A DNA stretch of 64,000 nt, from positions 89 through 64,088 of the forward strand of contig JBAYUQ010000007.1 of the NCBI GenBank assembly GCA_041675005.1. Reading direction: 5' to 3'. Both the position numbers and the translations under genes were made by a program. Below the pieces are notes generated by a model. The model saw only the letters and a program-made list of their open reading frames with translations, was not told the DNA's origin and did not search any database. Every line of letters starts with the position of its first letter. Position 1 is the first letter of the stretch. This DNA is from Candidatus Kapaibacterium sp. (GTDB taxonomy: Bacteria > Bacteroidota > Ignavibacteria > Kapaibacteriales > UBA2268). This document shows positions 47,934-57,789 of the stretch, one piece after another.

Positions 47934-50093
47934 TTATTTTTTCTTTGTGGAGTCCGCAGGAATAGTCTCATATTCTATTGTTTTTTGATCTGGAGGTAAC
48001 TCTGTTTCGGGTTCTTCAGAGTTAAACAAGTTAAGAGGGTTTAACTTATCGAAATCAATATTTTTCAACATTTCTAATGGTTTTGATAGCGTACCTTCTC
48101 CCTCTTCTAGTGCTTTACTCGGGTCATTAATCAAATCATCTGGAGTAATCGGCTTGTTCAAATTGGGATTATTCTGATTTGGGGTTGTGGAAATTGCATT
48201 AGGCAACCCTTTTATTGCATTATTCTCATTTACCACATACTTCGACTTATATGATAAAGAATCCGGCAATTTCTCTCCACTACGTATGCTTTTCAATTGT
48301 GCTAAAGGTAACGTCATTTCTAAAGCATATTCCGACCTTGGATACTTCTCTATTAGCAATCCATAATAATAGATAGCACTATCTAAATTGACCAAATCTC
48401 GCTCAAATATCCAACCGATATTATATAGTGAACGTGGTGCTAGTTTATGTCCTGGAAACCTCTGATATGCACTATAGAACTGTTTGACAGCAAATGGGTA
48501 TTCACTTATTTTTTTTAATTTCATACCAGACGCAAATAATTCTTGAACTGTATCTACTATGAACTCTTCAGTAAACCCGAGGATTTTCATCGCATCTCGC
48601 CCATAATCGGTCATAGCATAATTATCAGCAACGACTTCGTAAAGTGAATCTGATTTATAGGCATCATCTTCTCTTATTACACGAGCATAAGAGTATAGGA
48701 AACGTGAAGTTTCGCTCATGTTCTTAGGTGATACTTTATAAGATTTTTCATAATAGAATTTAACTGAATCTATATTGCCTAATTCTTCGTGTATTCGACC
48801 AGCTTCAAAGTATAACAGAGCTGTGCTATATCTAATAGTGTCATTGTTTACACCCGTAGTATCGTTTTCTATTCTTTTTAGATAATCATCAGCACTCTTC
48901 ACTTTATATCTTAATTCTGATAGTGCCTTGAACATAAAGCTAGATTGTTTGAAAACAGGAGTTCTTTGGTTTCTAGCTTTTGAGAAGTACTGTTGTGCTT
49001 TAAAGTAATTCTTGCTGTAATAGAAATCCATTCCCCTCTCAAAACTATATGTATTAATCAACAGATTATTTACATAAGTAGTATCCGAATGGTTCTCCAT
49101 AAATTCTAATTTTTCATCATCATCGGCTTTCATTCTCTTTTCTGTCAATCTTCCAGAGTATGTATAACCCATCCATTCTTCGAATTTGGAATCTTCTTCT
49201 AAGTGGGTGAGTAACTCATTTGATCTCTCAAAGTTCTTTATCCTTGCACTGCTTTGAGCTTCATAAAGATATGATTCGTATAACCCTTCGTAAGTAGGAG
49301 AGAAGTCTCTTACCTTAGCAAATTCTTTGGCTGCTTTTTCGAATTCTCCAATTCTATAAAGCAAAGCCCCAAGTTCCAATTGCCATTTCGCTGCTAATTC
49401 AGCATTTTCAGATTGTGCTACAGCTTGTCTATATGGGCGTAGTGCTTCTTCTTTATCACCTTCGTATAGGGATAACTCCGCTTGCAAACGAAACGCTTCA
49501 GATAGGATATCATATCTTTTCTTTTGCCATGCTATATCAACTGTACGGGAAAGCATTATCTTTCCAGTATAGAAGTTTCGTTGTATTAATGAGTTTTTTG
49601 CAAAAAGCAAGTGAGCATCAGGGGAGAAATCACTATTTGGGTATTTATCTACTAACTCGCTACACTTTATCTCGGAGGGTCTCCATTCTTCTTGATAGAA
49701 GAACGATTTTGCCATCATGAAAATAGCACCTTCTACATAGTCAGTTTTGCTCTTATAAGCTAATATTTTAGAACCCTTTATAATGATAGAATCAAGCTTG
49801 GTTTCTACTGCTTGTCGCTGTCTCTGTGTTATTATCAGATCTTTCATAAAAGGTGGTGGCCCTAGCGAATAGTCCTCTCTTTCTTTTAGATTGGGATCGG
49901 GTACATAGATTTGAATCTCGCGAACATCAAATGCCATAAAGTCAAACTCATCTTCCGCCTTATCCATCAATCTTTCCATGTTATAGTAAGTATTGAAGTA
50001 AGTCGTAAAATTATCAAAAGTCTGACACCCTACTAAGAAAAGTAAAGTAAACATACTTATGAATGATGCTTTATGTAACTTCTTTTTGTTCAT
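47934..50093 (-). CDS. TPR-repeat lipoprotein
   Basis: Lipoprotein signal (LLFLVGCQ). Numerous TPR-like repeats over 719 aa. Pro-rich C-terminal tail. Confidence 0.55.
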   Translation of the reverse strand: MNKKKLHKASFISMFTLLFLVGCQTFDNFTTYFNTYYNMERLMDKAEDEFDFMAFDVREIQIYVPDPNLKEREDYSLGPPPFMKDLIITQRQRQAVETKLDSIIIKGSKILAYKSKTDYVEGAIFMMAKSFFYQEEWRPSEIKCSELVDKYPNSDFSPDAHLLFAKNSLIQRNFYTGKIMLSRTVDIAWQKKRYDILSEAFRLQAELSLYEGDKEEALRPYRQAVAQSENAELAAKWQLELGALLYRIGEFEKAAKEFAKVRDFSPTYEGLYESYLYEAQSSARIKNFERSNELLTHLEEDSKFEEWMGYTYSGRLTEKRMKADDDEKLEFMENHSDTTYVNNLLINTYSFERGMDFYYSKNYFKAQQYFSKARNQRTPVFKQSSFMFKALSELRYKVKSADDYLKRIENDTTGVNNDTIRYSTALLYFEAGRIHEELGNIDSVKFYYEKSYKVSPKNMSETSRFLYSYARVIREDDAYKSDSLYEVVADNYAMTDYGRDAMKILGFTEEFIVDTVQELFASGMKLKKISEYPFAVKQFYSAYQRFPGHKLAPRSLYNIGWIFERDLVNLDSAIYYYGLLIEKYPRSEYALEMTLPLAQLKSIRSGEKLPDSLSYKSKYVVNENNAIKGLPNAISTTPNQNNPNLNKPITPDDLINDPSKALEEGEGTLSKPLEMLKNIDFDKLNPLNLFNSEEPETELPPDQKTIEYETIPADSTKKK

Positions 50094-52166
50094 TTATTCT
50101 ATGTTTTTTGTAGCTCTTTGTACTAGCAATTCTGCTAAACCACAAAGCAAAGCAAGTGCCAAGAAGAGCTGCCATAGCTCTGTACCTAGTTTTGCCCTCT
50201 GAATACTTTCTTCTATGTTTCTATCATCTTCTAATATACTGATATTGTCCGAATTTATCCCAATTTTCGTCATTTTTTCTTTAAAAATATCGTCTTCCAT
50301 TGGCTTTAATTCTGACTCAGATTTACTAGGATTAATACTATAATACGCAACAACTTGCTTATTGTTATTCTTAACTAAATAATTTCCAAATTGCGATTTA
50401 TCATCGATCGTAAGTATATAATTGTTTCCTGTTTTATTCGCATCGGCAAACTTCTCTGTACCATCCGGTGTTAGTATATTAAACTTTGAACTTCCAGCTA
50501 GCTCATCGCTTATTAATAATGTGCTTTGGTTTACTTGATTAGATAGTGTTCCATCAAAGCTAGAATTCAAATACGTAACCGATTTATATAGTAGTGATGG
50601 GAATATACTAAGTACTTGGAAATCACTCCATTCCGTTGATATTGGAACTGAGAAATAGAACAACGAACTATTTGCAATATCAAATTGACTAAGGAAATTA
50701 CCCGATTGAGTCTCTATTATAGGTCTTCCATTTTGTGATGGAATCTCTACTTTTATCTTCGGCGACTCTACTTCTTTCTGATTAGCAGTCTCCCCTTTGA
50801 ATACTCCACTGAATATAGGATGAAGTTTATCTACTTTAGTAAACTCAGCAGGGTTTACATCATATCGTGCTACTGCCTTTACGTTAACTCCTATCAAAGA
50901 TGAGTTAGTGAGGAAGTCAGTCAAATTATCTTTAGGTGCGAAAAGTATTATTTTTGCATTATTAGATTGTAGTTTAGCAATACTAGACAAATCTTGTTTC
51001 GTCAGACTGTTTTTAGCAACAATCAAAACCTTCTCTTGACCAGCACTATAGCCGCTTATGTCTTGTACAAACTGGTAACCTGATATTGCGTTGAACTCTT
51101 TCATATTACTCAATATAGCATCGAAGAAAATGTTTGAAGACTCAGATACAACTGTAACAAATGGCTGTTTAGGTATATTGATAGCGAAGAAGAAGTTATT
51201 ATCTGGTAGAAGCTCATCACTCTCTAGTTGTAACTCAGCTTTCACAATTCCAGTGCTATTATAAGTAGCAGAGACAACTGTACTTTTTAATTCCTCAGGA
51301 GCTATATCAATAGTTTTCTGTGATACTTTCTTTTCATTGAAATTTAGACTTATCAGATTATCGGTAATTTTTTTATTGCTGTGATTCTTTATGAATACTT
51401 CCAGCTCTATCGGTCTATCTTTCTGTATTATAGAACTAATGACATTGACTGAATCTATACTAAGGTTGCTAAATTCTTTCTTAGAAGTTCTACCAACATT
51501 TGCAACTAGGAACGAAACATTATTCTTAAAGTATTTATTTGTATCTACTTCAGCCATTAAGTTCTCTTGCATATCAGAAACTAGATATACAAGCTTATTA
51601 AGATTAATAGCTTCTGTCATCATTATAGAAGCAAACTTCAGGTTAGTATTTAGATTAGCTTTCTCTGTCCCAATCAATACTTCATCAATACTCTTATTCA
51701 GTAAGTCTTTGTTCGTTGACCAAGCAAATGACCGTAGAGGTCTATCACTAGAAAGAGGCATTACCAATGCTTGGTCGCCTTCTTTCATCGAATTAATTAG
51801 AGTACTTGCAATTTTCTTTGATTGTCTTAATCTGTTCCCATTCTCATCTGAAACGTCCATACTATATGAATTATCTATAAGTATAATCATACTTGTATTA
51901 GAATACTCAGTGAAACCTGGTAGTGAACTTTGGATAGTAGGACGAGAAAATGCCAAAACAGCAAATATAATTAGTAAAGTTCGTAACAGTAATAGCAACC
52001 ACTGCTTTATCTTTAGCTTCTTTATACTTGATTTTTGTAGTTCTTTTAGGAATTTCAGAGTAGAAAACTCGACAGTCTTTTGCTTTCTAAGATTAATTAG
52101 ATGCAAAATAATAGGTATCGAAGCTGCTGCTAGTCCAAATAGTACAAATGGGTTTAAAAAATTCAT
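50094..52166 (-). CDS. BatA-type protein with N-terminal double-transmembrane anchor domain
   Basis: First 75 aa 'MNFLNPFVLFGLAAASIPIILHLINLRKQKTVEFSTLKFL...WLLLLLRTLLIIFAVLAFSRP' match the aerotolerance-BatA N-terminal double-TM domain consensus. C-terminal TM present. Confidence 0.6.
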   Translation of the reverse strand: MNFLNPFVLFGLAAASIPIILHLINLRKQKTVEFSTLKFLKELQKSSIKKLKIKQWLLLLLRTLLIIFAVLAFSRPTIQSSLPGFTEYSNTSMIILIDNSYSMDVSDENGNRLRQSKKIASTLINSMKEGDQALVMPLSSDRPLRSFAWSTNKDLLNKSIDEVLIGTEKANLNTNLKFASIMMTEAINLNKLVYLVSDMQENLMAEVDTNKYFKNNVSFLVANVGRTSKKEFSNLSIDSVNVISSIIQKDRPIELEVFIKNHSNKKITDNLISLNFNEKKVSQKTIDIAPEELKSTVVSATYNSTGIVKAELQLESDELLPDNNFFFAINIPKQPFVTVVSESSNIFFDAILSNMKEFNAISGYQFVQDISGYSAGQEKVLIVAKNSLTKQDLSSIAKLQSNNAKIILFAPKDNLTDFLTNSSLIGVNVKAVARYDVNPAEFTKVDKLHPIFSGVFKGETANQKEVESPKIKVEIPSQNGRPIIETQSGNFLSQFDIANSSLFYFSVPISTEWSDFQVLSIFPSLLYKSVTYLNSSFDGTLSNQVNQSTLLISDELAGSSKFNILTPDGTEKFADANKTGNNYILTIDDKSQFGNYLVKNNNKQVVAYYSINPSKSESELKPMEDDIFKEKMTKIGINSDNISILEDDRNIEESIQRAKLGTELWQLFLALALLCGLAELLVQRATKNIE

Positions 52167-52182
52167 TAATCTTTTATTCTAT

Positions 52183-52989
52183 TTAACGTAATCCAACTAG
52201 CTTTCTTAACGCACTAATCTCGTTTTTGTTCAGCTGGCGGTATTCTCCACGAGCCATACCTGCATTCGAAATACAGCCATAAGATTTACGATCAAGCTTT
52301 TTAACAAAATAACCGAACTTTTCGAATATTCTTCTGATTTCTCTGTTCTTACCCTCGTGCATAGACATCGTTAGATTATCACCATGTTTGGGATCTATGA
52401 ATATCTCGCAAGGAGCAGTAATATCACCTTCAAGGTCAACTCCACCTTTAGCTATAATTCTAGCGTGAGGTATCTCTAATTTCTTATCAAGCTTTACTTT
52501 GTAAACACGTTCTATACCGTAACTAGGGTGTGTTAATCTATTAGCTAACTCACCATCATTAGTCATTATTAGTGTTCCAGTTGAATTTCTATCCAATCTT
52601 CCAACAGGATATACTCTTCGTCTAACATGAATTATATCCATTACAGTCTTTCGTTTGAATTGATCTTCGGTAGTAGTAATAGTGTCTTTTGGTTTGTTCA
52701 GAATATAATATACATTCTTTTCTTCGTAACCAACGGAATCACCGTCAACTCGGACGTTATCGCCCTTTCTTACCTTTGTACCATGTTCAGTTACTACTTT
52801 TCCGCCTACTGTAACTCTACCGGCTTCTATTAGCTCATCGGCTTTACGGCGTGATGTATAACCAGCATCAGATATAAATTTATTCAGACGGACAGTTTGA
52901 TCCAACATGTCTATCTTTTTTTCTTTCTTGAATTGTTTTGTTTCTTTACCTAATCTTTTCGGTTTAGGTTTTGCTCTTTCGTGTTTCAT
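52183..52989 (-). CDS. rluB: 23S rRNA pseudouridine synthase (RsuA/RluB family)
   Basis: S4 domain 'RLNKFISDAGYTSRRKADELIEAGRVTV' and catalytic 'GRLDRNSTG'. Lys-rich N-terminal extension. Confidence 0.8.
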   Translation of the reverse strand: MKHERAKPKPKRLGKETKQFKKEKKIDMLDQTVRLNKFISDAGYTSRRKADELIEAGRVTVGGKVVTEHGTKVRKGDNVRVDGDSVGYEEKNVYYILNKPKDTITTTEDQFKRKTVMDIIHVRRRVYPVGRLDRNSTGTLIMTNDGELANRLTHPSYGIERVYKVKLDKKLEIPHARIIAKGGVDLEGDITAPCEIFIDPKHGDNLTMSMHEGKNREIRRIFEKFGYFVKKLDRKSYGCISNAGMARGEYRQLNKNEISALRKLVGLR

Positions 52990-53094
52990 AGTACTTTTAT
53001 AATTTTTGAATCTGTAAACGTATTAAAAACAAAAATAGCTTTAAATATCGAATTTTAAAGCTATTTTATTAAATATATTAAAGTTATCGACTAT

Positions 53095-53220
53095 TTAGTC
53101 ATCTTCCTCATAACTAATCTTATCAGTTAGGATTTTCTTCATTGATGAAACTAGCATCCAGATAACAAAACCCCATCCAAGTCCCATAAATATATATGCT
53201 CCAGTGCTTATATGTTCCAT
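53095..53220 (-). CDS. 41-aa single-TM small protein, translationally coupled (TAATG) to the NSS transporter; missing from the ORF track
   Basis: MEHISTGAYIFMGLGWGFVIWMLVSSMKKILTDKISYEEDD*. Its ATG shares one base with the transporter stop. The paralogous copy at 55184-55309 is conserved. Confidence 0.55.
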   Translation of the reverse strand: MEHISTGAYIFMGLGWGFVIWMLVSSMKKILTDKISYEEDD

Positions 53221-54818
53221 TACTTACCTCCTTCTATTTCTTCTTGTGTATAAGGTTTACCGTTATTTCGTTTCCAAGCTAACCAAATCATACCACAAAG
53301 TGACATAAATATAGCTGTCATGAATACTCTAGCTCCCCATCTATAAGCTATCTCGCTTTCAACAACTTTTTCCATTAATAATTTGGGAATTGCTTCTTGA
53401 TATGTCCAAGAAACGAGTATAAATATTAAATATGTTGGTGTCACGTATTTGATTATATAATAGAATATCTTAGGTATTTTTATATCCGAACCACGATTGA
53501 TTTCTTCCCAACCCTTATCCATTCCAAATACCCATGCATAAAGTACAACCTCAAAAAGTGAAATTATAACCAGTCCAAAAGTACCTGCCCAATAATCCAT
53601 TTCTTCTAGGAATCCGTGTTCTAAGTAAAGGAAAACAAAGTGAACACCAATAAAGATTAGAATACCAACAGCAACTGTAGCTTTGTTTCTATTAAACCTA
53701 AATTGCTCTTGCAAGAAGGATATGAGCGGTTGTGCCATAGCCACCGAGGAAGTCACCCCAGCTATAAATAGCAAGAAGAACCAAATAAAGCTAAGTACAT
53801 TACCGAATGGAATCTCTGTGAAAACAGACGCCATTGCTATAATACCAAGGTCAAACGCACCACCTTCGGCTATAGTTTGTGTCATTGCCAATCCAAAAAA
53901 GGCAGTTGCAATTGGAATAGCAATCATACTACCGAGTACAACTTCACTAAACTCATTGATACCAGCAGTAGCCAGCCCACTAAGAGCTATATCATCATCT
54001 TTATCTAAGTAACTAGCATAAGCTTGCAATGTTCCCATCCCCACACTTAAGGTGAAGAACACCTGCCCGGCGGCGGCTAGCCAGATTTTGGAATCTCCGA
54101 GGAGCTCAAAGTTCGGTTCCCATATATAATTTATTCCTACAAAAGCACTGAAATCAGGCAATTCCGGATTTGGAGTCCCCAAAAAAAATACCCACACTAC
54201 AAGAACTATACCGAACCCTACGAGTAAGGGAACAGCAATTGTAGCAAATTTCTCTATCCCTCCCGATATACCCTTCGATAATATATAAAAATTAACGGCT
54301 AAGGTGATTAAAAGAAATATATACGCTGGCCATTGTGAATCGAAGTACCCCTCACCTATCCCTTGGTAGGAGTATAGAAAAGTCTTCATGCTATCTAAGG
54401 TATGAAATTCATTGAATGTCCCAATTAGGGAAAAAAAACTAAATCCAAGAGTCCAGGAGATAATATAGACATAGTATATCATAACTAAGGTTGAGATAAG
54501 AATACCAATCGCCCCGATATACTTGGCGACTTTATTTTTGGTAAGAGTATCAAACATCCCCGGTAAACTACCGTGTCCGTACTGACCTCCCCTTCGTCCT
54601 ATCGACCATTCTACCCACATTAGGGGAATAGCAAGCAATATAAAGGCCGTGAAATAAGGTATCATAAACGCCCCACCGCCATTCTGTGCTGCTTGTACTG
54701 GGAATCTCAAAAAATTCCCCAGACCTACAGCATTACCTGCCATCGCAAATATTAATCCTAACCTACTGTTCCAATGCTCTCTTTCAGCCATATTTCCTTT
54801 TATCTTTTTTATCAACAA
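53220..54818 (-). CDS. neurotransmitter:sodium symporter (NSS/SNF) family transporter
   Basis: 'W.SRLGLIFAMAGNAVGLGNFLRFPVQAAQNGGGAFMIPYF' is the NSS signature (TM1 unwound-region motif); 12 TM. Confidence 0.8.
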   Translation of the reverse strand: MLIKKIKGNMAEREHWNSRLGLIFAMAGNAVGLGNFLRFPVQAAQNGGGAFMIPYFTAFILLAIPLMWVEWSIGRRGGQYGHGSLPGMFDTLTKNKVAKYIGAIGILISTLVMIYYVYIISWTLGFSFFSLIGTFNEFHTLDSMKTFLYSYQGIGEGYFDSQWPAYIFLLITLAVNFYILSKGISGGIEKFATIAVPLLVGFGIVLVVWVFFLGTPNPELPDFSAFVGINYIWEPNFELLGDSKIWLAAAGQVFFTLSVGMGTLQAYASYLDKDDDIALSGLATAGINEFSEVVLGSMIAIPIATAFFGLAMTQTIAEGGAFDLGIIAMASVFTEIPFGNVLSFIWFFLLFIAGVTSSVAMAQPLISFLQEQFRFNRNKATVAVGILIFIGVHFVFLYLEHGFLEEMDYWAGTFGLVIISLFEVVLYAWVFGMDKGWEEINRGSDIKIPKIFYYIIKYVTPTYLIFILVSWTYQEAIPKLLMEKVVESEIAYRWGARVFMTAIFMSLCGMIWLAWKRNNGKPYTQEEIEGGK

Positions 54819-55106
54819 AAATAATAATGTACGAAGTTAGAATTTGAATTTTACGACATGTTTATCATCTTAAACTATGTAAAATTGAATGTTATGCGTT
54901 AACATTTTTTAGATAAAAATTTCTACTTCGCAATTTTTAATACTTGAAGATAAAATAAATAACTGACTATCAAAAAGAAATATCCAAATCGTTAAATATG
55001 GTTTAACTATATCGGGGTTCACAAACCCTTATTTTTTAAGTGAATTAGTGTAGGTTGTAATAGAGTCGAATTAGGTTGGATACGATGAGGTCTAATTGCA
55101 CATAAG

Positions 55107-55130
55107 TTGCAGAGAGGAAAAACTCTGCAA
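55107..55130. promoter_or_regulatory. Perfect palindrome TTGCAGAG-N8-CTCTGCAA between the two NSS paralogs
   Basis: Read directly. Lies ~290 bp upstream of the downstream NSS start. Confidence 0.3.
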
Positions 55131-55183
55131 CTCGTTCGCATTTAGATTTTTATTCTTTTTGATTTTAAATAAAGTTAGTAATA

Positions 55184-55309
55184 TTAATCATCTTCCTCAT
55201 AACTAATCTTACTAGTTAAGATTTTCTTCATCGGATATATAACTAGGAGTAGAACAAACGCCCAGCCTAGCCCCATAAAGATTAGTGCTTCCGTAGATAC
55301 TTGTTCCAT
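55184..55309 (-). CDS. 41-aa single-TM small protein, translationally coupled to the NSS paralog 2; missing from the ORF track
   Basis: MEQVSTEALIFMGLGWAFVLLLVIYPMKKILTSKISYEEDD*. Same TAATG overlap as copy 1. Confidence 0.55.
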   Translation of the reverse strand: MEQVSTEALIFMGLGWAFVLLLVIYPMKKILTSKISYEEDD

Positions 55310-56907
55310 TATTTACCTCCTTCTATTTCATCTTGAGTAAATGCTTTTCCGTTGTTACGCTTCCAAGCTAACCATATCATACTAATAAACGAAATCAATA
55401 TTACGACTATAAATACTCTAGCCCCCAATCTGTAAATAATTTCAGATTCTTTCACACCTTTAAATAATAAAGTAGGTATAGCGCTATCAAAAGTCCAGAA
55501 TGTAAGGATAAAGATTAAGTAAGCTGGTGTTACATACTTTATTATATAGTAAAAAATTCGAGGTATTTTAATATCTGACCCTCTACTGAGCTCTTCCCAT
55601 CCTTTCTTCATACCAAATACCCAAGCAAATAGAATCACTTCGGCTAATGATACAACTACGAGGGCAAAAGTTCCTACCCAATAATCTAACTCATCTAAGA
55701 CCCCATGTTCGAAGAATAAGAATACGAAATGAACCCCAAGCAACATTAGAATCCCAACGGTAATAGTGGATTTTTTTCTGTTGAATCTAAATTGCTCTTG
55801 TAAGAAAGAAATGAGAGGTTGCGCCATAGCAACTGAAGATGTTACACCGGCAACAAATAGCAGAATAAACCAAATAAAGCTCAGAATAGAACCAAATGGA
55901 ATATCAGTAAATACTGACGCCATAGCCACAATACCAAGATTAAATGCTCCACCGGCAGCAATATCTTGAGTCATAGCAAGACCGAAGAAAGCAGTTGCTA
56001 TCGGTATAGCAATCATACCGCCTATAATAACTTCACTAAACTCATTAATACCTGCAGTAGCCAAACCGCTAAGAATAATATCATCGTCTTTTTTGAGATA
56101 ACTTGCATAAGCTTGAAGTGTACCCATACCAACGCTTAAAGTGAAAAATACCTGCCCCGCGGCGGCTAACCATATATTGGAAGTAGTTAACAGTGAGAAA
56201 TCTGGTTTCCATATATAGTCGATTCCAACAAAAGTACTAAACTCTGGCTTCGTCGGATCAGGTGTACCTAAAAAGAAAACCCAAACAACTAGTAATAATC
56301 CAAACCCAATAAGCGTTGGTATTGCAATAGTTGCGAATTTCTCTATACCACCAGAAATTCCTTTAGAAAGTATATAGAAATTTATGACCAGAGTTAACAT
56401 TAGGAAGAAATATGCCGGCCATTGTGAGGTGAAATATCCCGCACCGTTACCTTGATAAGAGTAGAGGAAAGTTTTCATAGTTTCTATATCGTGGATACCA
56501 TCGAAAGTACCGATAATTGAAAAGAAACTGAAACCTAAAGTCCATGATATAATATAGACATAATATACCATAACTAAAAATGAAATCAGAAGCCCTAAAG
56601 CCCCAATGTATTTGGCAACTTTGTTTTGGGTAAGAGTGTCGAACATACCAGGTAAACTACCGTGTCCGTACTGCCCACCCCTACGGCCTATTGACCATTC
56701 GACCCACATTAGAGGAATTCCGAGGAGTAGAAAGGCAATGAAATAGGGTATCATAAACGCCCCGCCACCATTCTGTGCTGCCTGTACGGGAAATCTCAAG
56801 AAATTCCCTAGCCCGACAGCATTACCTGCCATAGCAAATATTAGACCTAACCTATTATTCCAATGCTCTCTTTCTGCCATATTCCCCGTATTCCTTTTTA
56901 TTAACAA
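55309..56907 (-). CDS. NSS-family transporter (tandem paralog)
   Basis: Same signature; about 80% identical to the downstream copy over most of its length. Confidence 0.8.
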   Translation of the reverse strand: MLIKRNTGNMAEREHWNNRLGLIFAMAGNAVGLGNFLRFPVQAAQNGGGAFMIPYFIAFLLLGIPLMWVEWSIGRRGGQYGHGSLPGMFDTLTQNKVAKYIGALGLLISFLVMVYYVYIISWTLGFSFFSIIGTFDGIHDIETMKTFLYSYQGNGAGYFTSQWPAYFFLMLTLVINFYILSKGISGGIEKFATIAIPTLIGFGLLLVVWVFFLGTPDPTKPEFSTFVGIDYIWKPDFSLLTTSNIWLAAAGQVFFTLSVGMGTLQAYASYLKKDDDIILSGLATAGINEFSEVIIGGMIAIPIATAFFGLAMTQDIAAGGAFNLGIVAMASVFTDIPFGSILSFIWFILLFVAGVTSSVAMAQPLISFLQEQFRFNRKKSTITVGILMLLGVHFVFLFFEHGVLDELDYWVGTFALVVVSLAEVILFAWVFGMKKGWEELSRGSDIKIPRIFYYIIKYVTPAYLIFILTFWTFDSAIPTLLFKGVKESEIIYRLGARVFIVVILISFISMIWLAWKRNNGKAFTQDEIEGGK

Positions 56908-57102
56908 AAATAATAATGTACGCAGTAAGAATTTGAATTAAATCACATTTTACTTAAATTATGATATCGTAAAGAGTAATTTTTACTTTTCTTAATTTTT
57001 CTAAAATAAATTTCTACTTAGTAAAAATTTATTGGATAAAGATAAAGTAAAAATTCAACAAACAAAACAGAAATTTTAAAATCACAATAGGATAGTTTAA
57101 AT

Positions 57103-57789
57103 ATGTTAGGATTTTTAAAATCTAATATTCTAAGCAAGTTTGTGGTGGCTATAACGGGTTTGATCTTGGTGGGTTTCATCTTAGGTCACACCTTAGGTAA
57201 TCTGCTTATATTCGCAGGACCAGAGGCACTCAACACTTACGCAGTAGGATTAAGAGATCTAGGCCCAACTCTTTGGGTAGTTAGGATAGTACTGATAATA
57301 GCAGCTATTTTACACGTAATAACAACTATTAATTTAGTGCGTCAGAATAAGAAAATTGCTTCTGGTTACAAAGTAAGTAACTATAAAGCATCTACTTTTT
57401 CTGCGAGATTCATGGGATATGCAGGTTTGACAATTTTGTTCTTCGTACTATATCACTTAGCTCATTTCACACTTGGGTTCGTTGATGCTAGTACATTTAA
57501 TATGGAGACAACATTGGAGAATGGAAGAGTAGTACATGATGTTTATTCTATGGTCGTTATTGGGTTTAGAAATGTTATTGTGTCGCTATTTTACATATTA
57601 GCTGTATCGTTTTTAGGTTTACACTTAAAGCATGGTATTCATAGTATGTTCCAATCATTAGGAATACATGGTAAAAAATTCACTCCAATGATTCAGAAAG
57701 TAGCTGCAATTGTAGCTTTAATAATAGTAATTTCTTTAATCTCAATACCAATAAGTATAATGTTAGGAATAGTTGGAGGTCAAGTATGA
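57103..57789 (+). CDS. sdhC: succinate dehydrogenase/fumarate reductase cytochrome b subunit (b558 type)
   Basis: 228 aa, 5 TM with conserved His residues. Immediately upstream of the flavoprotein gene with a 4-nt overlap. Confidence 0.7.
   Translation: MLGFLKSNILSKFVVAITGLILVGFILGHTLGNLLIFAGPEALNTYAVGLRDLGPTLWVVRIVLIIAAILHVITTINLVRQNKKIASGYKVSNYKASTFSARFMGYAGLTILFFVLYHLAHFTLGFVDASTFNMETTLENGRVVHDVYSMVVIGFRNVIVSLFYILAVSFLGLHLKHGIHSMFQSLGIHGKKFTPMIQKVAAIVALIIVISLISIPISIMLGIVGGQV

Noticed and set aside
51391-52191. 266-aa plus-strand ORF
   Set aside because: Completely antisense to the BatA-type gene (50094-52166), which has a clear conserved N-terminal domain. No independent start context.
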